Of a DNA stretch of 10,252 nucleotides, positions 1-9,099 are shown piece after piece; the first letter of the stretch is position 1, and each line of letters begins with the position of its first letter. A model generated the notes under the pieces. It saw only the letters and a program-made list of their open reading frames with translations, was not told where the DNA came from and ran no database searches. This stretch comes from Geosiphon pyriformis uo1. Taxonomy: Eukaryota > Fungi > Glomeromycota. A program made the position numbers and the translations under genes. The stretch covers positions 1-10,252 of the forward strand of contig JAAOMT010000527.1 in assembly GCA_016748015.1 (NCBI GenBank), given 5' to 3'.

Positions 1-3000
1 AACTTATTTAAGCAAAAAAAATTTGAACAAACCAAATTAGCAACAATCTTATTAAATTCAACAAAAAGATTGTTCATATATACTGATGTTTTTTTAAATT
101 ATAAAAGTATTAAATATTTTGGGCTTAGCTTTTTTTAATATCAAAAAGTTTTCTAATCTATAACCAAACCATGCTTGTTTAATAAATAATCTCTAAAAAC
201 AATACCAAAATATTTTAAAGAATATACTATATCAAAATAATAAACATTTTTCAATATTTGAATATTAAAAAACAGCTGGGTTTACAAAATGCATTAAACA
301 AATTATTAGTCAAAAAAACTTAAGTGTTCAAAAAAATCTTAATAATTCTCATTAAAAAATTGTATATAGAATTAATTTTCAATTTGACTAAGTACTACAA
401 AGAATTTAAAAGCACCAAAACTTGCAAATCCAAAGTATAGTGTTTGAACAATTGGCCAAGAATTCCAGCAAAATTAAAGAATCCAACTACCAAAACTATC
501 TTAACTTTAGCTTACACTTGCTTAAAAAACTTCAAACTATATAGAGATAAGTGATATAAAGTCTTATTAAAAAAATCATTTGGCAAATTGGCTTTAGATC
601 TGAATCTCTTTTTTATTATAATATTTTATTTGTAATATATATTTTTAGATACAAAGCTGAATTGTATTTGATAGCTAATTATAAGTTGCAAAACTGTTGA
701 AACTAAATAAGCAAACTGTTTTTTTAACAATATCTTTTTAAAAATCATATTTGAAAAAAATCTAATATCTGAGTATGCTTTAGCAAGACTTGGCTTAAAT
801 AAGCTTTCTGATGATAAAATTTTTTTTAGATATTTATAAGATTTACCAAACTTGGCCATAAAAATTGGTTGGCTATTAATATGTAAAGAAGCTTTTATTA
901 TCTTCTGGTTAATAAAAATAGCTACTATCTTGTTATTATTAATAAAAATATTATTGATCCAAAAAAATTCACTTGTAATGTTCAAAATATACTGTGTTAA
1001 TATTTAACTATTTCTTACTTATATTGTATTATTAACAAAAACACCAACTATAAAAAATAAAAAAATACCTTTATTAATCTCTATTCTGCTTGATTTTGCT
1101 ACAAAATTAGAGTTAATTCTATATTTACATAAATGTTTATGTTTTTTAATTTTACACAACAAAGAATCATAAAAAATTTTCCAAAAAAGTGGTAAGAAAA
1201 CTTCACACTAATCTAGTTTATCATAAACCACATAGTCATTTAAAAAACCAAAATTAGTTATCACTCTGTTAATTTTGTTTTCATAAATATTTCCAAAAAA
1301 CTTGATAAACCTGTCATATATTTTGATATATTTCAAACTAGATCTTAAATAATACTATTCAACTGAATCATAAGCTTTACACATATCTTGCAAAGCCAAC
1401 CAAATTTTTTGGCTCTTTTTCAGAGTGTTTTCTACTATTAAACTAATAACAAATATGAGAAACTAAGTTAAAATATTTTTCAAAACTGAAAAATTATTAT
1501 CATAAAGAATGTTAAATTTGTTATAAATAGATAAGCTCTGATTTGACAGAACTTTAAACAAAATTTTTTTTGTAGTCTTAATTAGTACAATAAGTCATGT
1601 GTTAATCAAAATGTCATTCTATTTATAAAACTTAAAAATTATCAAAACTCATGTCTTCTTCCAAGAATTTAGAATATCACTAAGTTTAAGACAAAAATTC
1701 AGTAGATTCAAAAAACATTCTATTATTTTATTATGATAATATTTTTACAGCTTATTTGATATGTTAAAAAGATTAATGACTTTTTTATTAAATAATTTAT
1801 TGATTATCAAGACCAATTTTCCTAAGCTAATGTTGTTTATTATGCCAGAAAAAGTATTATCCTTTATATGCTCTAAAGAAGCATATTGACAAGTCCAAAA
1901 ATCAAACAGAACCAAAGAAATTTTCTGCTTTTTTGTCTAATCTATTATAATATTGTCTATTTTAGATTTTATTTTATCTGGTTCTAAAATCAATTTTTTC
2001 TCAATTACCAAATAATCTAAAACAACTTTGTGAAAAAGTTATTTCAAAACATTTCTTATCATGCTTTTTTTATCCAAACTAAAACTTTCTATTTGCTTCT
2101 TAATTGTATTTCTAATAGATGTATTTTTGGTCATTTTTAATTCATAGTATTTTGATTTTTAATATCTTTTTTTAATCTTTGACAAATGTTTAATAATTTT
2201 TGTTAGTCTTACATTATTACAAAATATGATAACAATTTTGAAAGTCTTAGTATTATTAATAGTTAACCAAACTCTAACAAGCTGTTTGAAATTAAACATC
2301 TTATCTGAACTCAAACTCTTTATTATCTTAGCAACCAAAAACTCTAACTTAAAAAATCTCAAAAATTGTTTGTTTTTTAAATAGTCAAAATTACAGAACC
2401 AATATTTAGAAAACACTTTATTAGCCAAACCAGTTATAACACTTTTCAAAATTTTTCATATCTTATATAAATTTTTTTTATCTCTTGTATTCACAAAACT
2501 ACTTATTATAGCCAACAATTTAGCAAAAAAACAATTTTTAAAATGCATTAATTTGGTCTTATTTGCATTTTTAATTCAAAACTTTTACTGATTTTTATTA
2601 GTCTACTTGTAAATATTGTTTAAATAAAAATTTAATAGGCCTTCTAATTCAATTAAGACAATAATTACTTTATGATTAGTATCAAAAAACTTAGATACAG
2701 ATTCAATTTTATGCTCAGTAATTGCCAAAAACAAATTTTTACTTATAAAAATATAGTTAATAACTTTTTCTATCCCTCTGAAATTGCTTTAAGTAGTCAA
2801 CTTAACTGAAAAATATTTATTTAATAAGTTAATTAAACCCATATCCGAATATTTTTTAAAACTTATATATTTTTTAAAATTATTTTATTAAAGTTACCAC
2901 TCAGAATTACAAAAGAGCTAGAACTTATTGTATTAGAAATAACTAAATTAACATTAAAAGTTTGATTAAACTGTATTTTGGCTAATGTGTTAGCATACAG

Positions 3001-3342
3001 ATCCAGAACTATAACTGAGAATTTGTGTTTAAATAACAACTAAACTGAAATGACTTTACTAAAAACTTTTTCAACTTTTAATATATGTTGAGCCAAGTAA
3101 CAGTTTATAACAACAGCTACTTCAGCACCAAAAATTTTTTTTTCAAGACCTGATATAAAAATTCAAATATTATCAAACTTATTTTCAATTTATAGCCTAA
3201 TATTAGACCTTAACTTAGTTTTAGTAAGAATAAAAATCATATTGTCAGATTTTAAATGCCAACAAACAATATTCTCTTGTTTTATCAAATTGTTTATACT
3301 CCTAAAATTACATATAGCTATTTTCTAAATAAACTTACTTAT
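1..3342 (-). pseudogene. LINE ORF2 pseudogene (endonuclease + reverse transcriptase), C-terminus beyond window
   Basis: Endonuclease: KIAICNFRSIN (N-terminal TxNVRG motif, ~3292..3324), LTKTKL (ET[K/H] motif), SGNFN (GDFN, 2887..2901), T*SN (2783..2794), INYIF (IDY, 2747..2761), DTNH (SDH equivalent, 2672..2683). RT: NT*LIVLIKTTKKIL (RPI-x-L motif, ~1560..1603), LQDMCKAYDSV (D-x-x-KA[F/Y]D, 1361..1393), KLD*CEVFLPLFW (G-x-x-QG...SP, ~1181..1219), FVNN (YADD equivalent, 1028..1039), YKYLK (YLG, ~827..841). More than 25 in-frame stops; frameshifts only near ~2884 and ~258. Confidence 0.95.
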
Positions 3343-4985
3343 TAAGATAAAAAATATATCAAGGAATTTGAGTTTGCATATAATCTATCCAATTTCTCCA
3401 AAATTAAGCCAATAAAAACTTTTAAAACCACTAATTTCGATTTTAATTCACCTATTTTGGTGGTAAAAATTTTTAAACTACTTAAATCCAAATCCAAAAA
3501 TCTGTTTTTTATTACTGGAAAAAAGAGACTAAAAAGCAATTGATAGTCATTTAAAATCATATTTGTATTTAACTTTAACAACATTAATATAAAAACTATT
3601 AAAGATAAAAATTGAGAATTAGACATTAAGAACACTAGTTTTATATTACTTAGTTATCACATAATACTAAAAACTTGATTAGCCAAAAGCTTCAAAAAGC
3701 ACTTTAAAGAAGCCAAATAAACATCAATAAAAGAATCATCCTAATTAGCCAAAAAGTCTCTTTTTACATAAAAAGTACTAGAAAAAAACAACCCAGAACT
3801 AAAATCGAAATAATTGTTATTAGAAAAGAAAGCAAGTAAGACTACTTATGCTTATAATTTGCTACTAAAAACAACAAAATAAGAGATAAGAATATTTTTT
3901 TTATGTATAACTTGGCCAATTAAAAACAATTTACTTTTGAAGTAGATCTTTTAAATGTTTTTAAAAACTTAAGAGTAAACATATTTAGTGTATTATACTC
4001 TAAAGCAGAATAACCAAATATTTTATACTTTTCACACCAAACCAAATTTATTTTAGTCCAAGCAAGTTTTATACACCAAAATTTGGCTCTGTACAAAAAG
4101 CAGATTCAAGTTTTTCCCCTAATTTAAAGCCAACTACAGTATAGCAAACTTTGTTACCAGTTTTAAATAATCAATTTATAATACAAGTTTTTTTACTAGC
4201 TCTTTCTAATAGAGTATTAAAATTATGAACAGTTGTTTTTACCAGCAAAGTAAACAAAAACACTCCAAACTAATCTCTTAACATCTAAATATTATAATTT
4301 TTTACAGCTTTGGCTATATATATTGAATTTTTTCAATTAAAAATAACTATTTTGTCACCAATTAATCTGTTTAAGCTAATTTAACAAACTTTATTACTGT
4401 CTTTTATTACAGTTTAATTAATTGTAAATAGATTAATACCACTTAATTAAATTCAGAAAAAGCTGCAATAATTATTTTTTTTACCATATTCATAAAAATT
4501 TTCTTAATAACTATGATCTAATTTGAATGAATTTTTTGTTTTTTAACATTGTTGTTTACAATGATCTCTTTTTCTCTAACCAATAATGTGGCTTTTTCTA
4601 TATTTTCTTTTGATGTAAATATAGATTAAATAATTTCTTTAAATTTTAAAAAAGTAATAATCTCTCTAAAATCATTGATTATTAAGAAAAGTTTTTTAAT
4701 TACTTAAGTTTTTGCTATTAGTAACTTTTTTTTAACAGCTAAGAAATTAATATCCAATACAAATGATTTTTTAATAATTACTTTAACTTGGGTTTTCATT
4801 ATCTTAAGATTAATCTACTTTTTTAAAAAAGATATTAAAAAAAAAAAAGTCTTTTGTTTTCATCTATGCTATAATCAATTAAGCTGATAGAAGAATCACA
4901 AACTAGATCAGTGTTTATTCTTTTAGCTTTAAGGGTATTTGCCACCAAACCAAAAAGAGAGCCACTATTAACATCCAAAGAAATT
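3342..4985 (-). pseudogene. LINE ORF1 pseudogene (gag-like nucleic-acid-binding protein: RRM-like region + CCHC zinc knuckle relic)
   Basis: It lies directly upstream of ORF2 and ends at TAA 3344..3342. RRM-like segment IIVIKKIFMNMVKKIIIAAFSEFN*VVLIYLQLIKL**KTVIKF (~4388..4517). Knuckle relic C-EK-Y-KIFG-Y-SALE-Y with exact CX2CX4HX4C spacing (3995..4036). Many stops and a few frameshifts; no start codon found and the 5' end is approximate. Confidence 0.85.
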
Positions 4986-5072
4986 ATTTGCTTAAGAAAT
5001 GTTTGCAAGAAAACAACAAAAAAAAATAAAAAAACTTTTTTTTTAAAAATTTGTTTCTTGAGAAATTTGGAA

Positions 5073-5371
5073 TGTAAGAGAAAAAAAAGTTTTCCAATTA
5101 TAATAATTTAATTTATTAATTTAATATTATTTTTATATTATTTTAATTTTTATGCAAACAAAAATAAACAATTATTAATTACAAAATCCAAAAAAAAACA
5201 TTTTAATAATATTTAATCAATAATTTAAGTAGCCAATATTGAATTGAATTAAATAAAAATTATTTTTTTTTGTTTATGTAATAGTAATAAAAGTTGTTTA
5301 TAAGATTTTTATTAATTAAAACTTGGTAAGTTGATAATTGAACTTTGTCAATTAATATTTTGATTATTACA
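5073..5371 (+). repeat. Putative LTR (299 bp) with TGTAA...TTACA inverted termini
   Basis: Starts TGTAA (5073..5077) and ends TTACA (5367..5371). Internal TGTAATAGTAATAAA with AATAAA at 5286..5291. Preceded by the weakly purine-rich GAGAAATTTGGAA (5060..5072). CpG depletion stops right after it (next CpG at 5393). No second copy in the window. Confidence 0.55.
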
Positions 5372-5921
5372 CAGTATAAGAAATAATACAAACGTTACAC
5401 AAATAAAATTTTGTATTACAAGGTTACAAATTAATAAGAGTATTACTCGATGCATTGTGCTTTGTGAAACGACAAGTAAAACTGTTCTTATTTACCAATA
5501 TTGAAAGTCATTGCTGCAAATGAATATGTTACCAATCACAAATTCACATGATTGCACCAGGGGTAATTTATCAGCATAAGGTTTAAGATTATTCATCATA
5601 ACTCTTTTTAATTGGTTCAATTCATGTTTAATTTCTCGATTTATTTGATATTGTGCTGGAATGTCGTATAACAATATCACGCAATTAAAATTTTCGCTAA
5701 AACAAATTGAATATTTAAATCGAGCTACAAATATGAATAATTATCAAAGTTCTTATTTGTCAAATTCCTAGTAAGAATTATCATATGATTATGTACAAAC
5801 AAATTAATTTTACAATTTAACTTAATGCTTATTGTAACACGAAAAAGTTCGTTTTTAAAATCTTGGTAAATCTGATAATTATGATTTTTTAGCATAATTC
5901 TGTTCAATGCGTAAAATGGGT

Positions 5922-7423
5922 TTATGAGGCTACGCTCACGGAAGTATTAAAATCCAACGCAAGTTCATATTGACGTTGTAAATCCTCATCTTCAATTTCT
6001 GGTTCCGGTTGCGCTTCAGGAAATGAATCACGATGTTGAAGGATTGATTTTGAGATAAAGAAACTTTCATCTCTCACGAGAATCGAGGGTTGATATGTTT
6101 CTTTTTCATAATATTTTTTAGGCCTGTTTTTAGGCATTGGTAATATTGGAATTTTCACTTGATGACTTGTATATATTGCTTGGGGATGGATTTTTAGAGG
6201 GTTCAACATTTTCCCATGAGGATCATGGCCTCGTGCAAGTATTTCGCGTACTCGTATTTTCTCAGCTTTTTCAAATATTTCTTTTTGTGTTTGATATAAA
6301 TACCAATCACTTAAGGTTTTAACGATATCGGACATATTTGGTCGAAATCTTGGTTCCGTGTCCCAGCAACTTTTCATCAATTCCACGTAATTTGAAGGAG
6401 TCCCGCAAGGAATTCTAGGACGAAGACCATTCGCAATTGATACTACAAGCTTAGCATCATGGGGAGTATTATAAAATGGAGGGCGATTTGAGGCAAGTTC
6501 CCACATCAACATGGCAAATGAATAAACTTCTGATTCCTTTGAGTTTGTCTTTCCTTGATACAAGATTTCGGGAGCGAAAAGGGGTAATAAATCGTTTCGA
6601 TAATAACCTACAACTGGGACAAAATCTTTACACTCTCCAAGACCGAGTTCATTGACTTGGAATTCCAAATGAGATTTTAAGATATGACTGTTGTTTTTTC
6701 GGGTTATATCTTCTCGAATGATATTATCATGAAGATTATGAAGATTCTCAAGTCCACAAGCAATCGTATGAAGGATAGCCAGTTTTTGTCTCCAAGTTAA
6801 TCGTACAAAGTGATGCGACAGATAATGACGTAAATCCCATTCAACAGTCTCAGCTACCATCATAAAATTCCCAGTCACTGATTCACGAGTAACACCTAAA
6901 ACTCTCATCACTAAACCATTGTTCTTTCGAGCTCGATAGTTGATTTTCAGCTCTTGCAAGAATGAAACATCAGATCTTCCTAGAGACGTTAACGCCACTT
7001 TCATAAGCTCCTGTTTACAAACATATTTTTCTTCATCGGAGTCCCAAGAGTCTGAGTAGAATGATAATAACTAAATTTAATACTGGGAAACATTTTGGAA
7101 AGAAGCAGTCATTAAGACTTGACTTAAAACTAACCTGCTGGTCCTTTAACCCAATTGGCAGTAAATGTAGTTCCGACCTCAGATACATCATATTTAAAAA
7201 CATTTATAAAAGAATTGAAAGGGATAAATTCCAAAAATTCGTTGCATTCCTTGGCATCTAACTGTGTTTCACGAATGAACTCGTCGATTAATTGACTACC
7301 CGATGTCCAGTTATCAAAATTTTCTTTGAAATGTTGGACTTGACATTGTTGACAGTAATGTGTATTATCCAAAAGTTGTATGAAACATTCAGGACAATAG
7401 TTTCGTGATAGTTGTGGTACCAT
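5922..7423 (-). CDS. Glomeromycotina-type tyrosine-kinase-like (TKL) protein, probable pseudokinase; join(7423..7135,7051..5922), 472 aa
   Basis: Exon 1 carries the family N-terminus CPEC...YCQQC...HFKENFDNWTSGSQLIDEFIRETQL...LEFIP. Splicing gives WVKGPA-D-SWDSDEEKYVCKQELMKVAL in frame (289+1130=1419 nt). Kinase motifs: FLQEL, VLGVTRES...FMMV, FAPE, SEVYSFAMLMWE, GLRP, CWDTEPRFRP, and the family tail HPQAIYTS. No stops or frameshifts. Confidence 0.93.
7052..7134 (-). other. Spliceosomal intron (83 bp, phase 1) of the kinase-like gene
   Basis: Donor CAG|GTTAGT at 7135/7134 and acceptor TTCTACTCAG|AC at 7052/7051. Removing it fuses track ORFs 7130..7423 and 5922..7004 in frame and restores the family motif W-x-x-GP-x-x-x-WD. 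Confidence 0.88.
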
Positions 7424-7559
7424 TTGTGGGTTTTCTACTTTTGTTTTATTAAGCGTCTTTGATTAACTTTCGAAAAAAACTTTGGGAGTTCTCAAACAAT
7501 TATTTGTTTATTATTAGATAAATTGACTTTTTCAAAAGTGACTCTGTTCAGTGTTGCCC

Positions 7560-7567
7560 TTTATATA
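7560..7567 (-). promoter_or_regulatory. TATA box of the kinase-like gene
   Basis: The minus strand reads GGTTATATATAAAGGGC: a canonical TATATAAA with GC-richer flanks, ~137 bp upstream of the ATG at 7423. Confidence 0.55.
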
Positions 7568-7617
7568 TAACCTATTTAGTCATTCCACTTGGATAAATAA
7601 CGTACCGTTTTTTTGCA

Positions 7618-7622
7618 CCAAT
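7618..7622 (+). promoter_or_regulatory. Possible CCAAT box
   Basis: GCACCAATCA lies ~50 bp upstream of the TATA box and resembles the NF-Y/HAP consensus, which is orientation independent. The motif is short and could be chance. Confidence 0.3.
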
Positions 7623-9099
7623 CAAAATCAAATAAAACGTAGTACAAACGGTTTCAAAAAAAAAATATATTCCTTATGTGTTGTGAATAGAAAATTCCTG
7701 ATGATCCATCCTACACAATGATGAAATTTTTCGGTTGCCGTCGGCATTTACAACTCCGAAAATTCTTTAGATCTGAACATGAGATAGTTTTCATGTAATA
7801 ATAAATAAAGTTTCTATCAATTTACCATTTGCCATTAAGTATATGAATATTACAATACACAATAGTTAATTAAAGCTATTCTATCATAGATATCCAACCA
7901 ACCTTTCCTTAAATAATTTTCCTAAATCGATTAAAACTTGTACCACTAATAGTACTTTTTAATATGCGTAGAAAGTTTCTCTTTTAAAATTTTCGGGATT
8001 TGTACTCGCCAGTCAGGTTTTACAATTTTTCTCTATTTTCCAATCGGGGTTTTATTTCAGGTCAATTTAAAAAATATTTGTATTCTCTCAATTATTAAGA
8101 AAGCAAACACCTCGGGGGATCAAAAATGATTTTATTTGAGTTTCCTGAATTTAGTTTACAAAATATTGATGTATAGAAAATAAAGCTGGTTCTTAGAGCA
8201 AAATTTTAACGCTCTTCAGAGTTCCGAAATTAAAAAAAAACCCTCAAATTAGATTTTTAAATTAAAGAAATTTTTTTTTCTTGAAAACATTAAAGAATGT
8301 AAAAGCCATTAAAATAAATATTCCATTCAGCCATTGAGAAAAGCTATGTAATGCATATCATGTAAATAAATCTTGTGACCTCAGTTTACTCCACAGAGAA
8401 TTTGGTATGAATCACCATATGGTTGAAATTTTTCATGTACAAATGTACAAGAATGGCTCCGGATTTCATAGAAATAAAAACTTATTAAAAACTGTATAAC
8501 AAATAATTGCAGCCGAACAATTAATTCATTAACCGCAGAACTTTTCTTTAACTCTCGTGCTAAACATTAATAATGAAAATGCAATTAAGCAAAAAATATA
8601 CAATGAAAGAAGTCAAAAATAGACAATTCCTATCTACATTGAAAATATCCCATAGTTTTTGAAAGTATCTCCATATGTAATGTTGAAGCACCTTTTGAGC
8701 TGCTATTATTGATCATTCTTTGTTCCAAACTTGACTAATTGAATAATTTAATTTTAAGCGTTGAACAGACAAATTCAGGGATAGATTAAGAAAATTACAA
8801 AGGAAATTGGAATTTTGTATAAAGATTCAATTCACAATTGTGATAACTTCAATTAATCTTTCTCCGTATTTGCAAACAGAATTTCGGAACTCTTATTCTA
8901 TTCTTAAAAAAAAACCTACAGACTTTTATTTCATTTTGTGCAAATAAATAATCATAATTATAATTTCTTTGAAAATAAAACAAAACACAATTTTGAATTG
9001 CATATAATTTATAATTAATATAGTTAGCATAAGTTTTACCTGCATGTTTAAAAAATTTCACTCTGATTAATATTTATATTTTTTTGGAACATCTAAACA

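Larger units (their letters stand above)
1..5072 (-). mobile_element. Degenerate non-LTR (LINE) retrotransposon, ORF1 + ORF2 (APE endonuclease-RT); runs off the window start
   Basis: Hand translation of the minus strand through stops gives the ordered LINE architecture: ORF1 (RRM-like segment, CCHC relic), then APE endonuclease motifs, then RT motifs. The track ORFs 3342..3635, 2159..2449 and 626..985 are stop-to-stop fragments of it. The 5' boundary is approximate. Confidence 0.95.

Noticed and set aside
1000-1700. RT as a bacterial retron, DGR, group II intron or defence RT
   Set aside because: It is preceded by an APE endonuclease and a gag-like ORF1, and it neighbours an intron-containing fungal gene. 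This is standard LINE architecture.
626-3635. Track ORFs 626..985, 2159..2449 and 3342..3635 as independent genes
   Set aside because: They are stop-free fragments of the dead LINE ORF2 and ORF1, and they begin at TTG/GTG codons that are not real eukaryotic starts.
1-4985. Alternative genetic code (stop reassignment) explaining the in-frame stops
   Set aside because: All three stop codons occur at positions expected to hold different residues, catalytic Asp residues are also mutated, frameshifts exist, and the neighbouring kinase gene reads cleanly in the standard code.
4911-5111. 66-aa + strand ORF
   Set aside because: It is antisense to the ORF1 relic, has a GTG start and consists largely of homopolymer-derived Lys/Phe runs.
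5492-5907. Short minus-strand ORFs (62 aa and 60 aa) downstream of the kinase
   Set aside because: They have non-ATG starts and no recognisable motifs, and are likely 3' UTR or intergenic. The kinase has its own clean stop at 5922..5924.
6137-7261. + strand ORFs 6137..6322 and 7061..7261
   Set aside because: They are antisense shadows of the kinase-like gene with no independent support.
8218-8893. MITE bounded by the 14-bp inverted repeat
   Set aside because: There is no target-site duplication at the flanks and the match does not extend. It is retained only as part of the motif cluster.
8849-9061. 70-aa minus-strand ORF
   Set aside because: It has a GTG start, an AT-driven composition and no domain signal.
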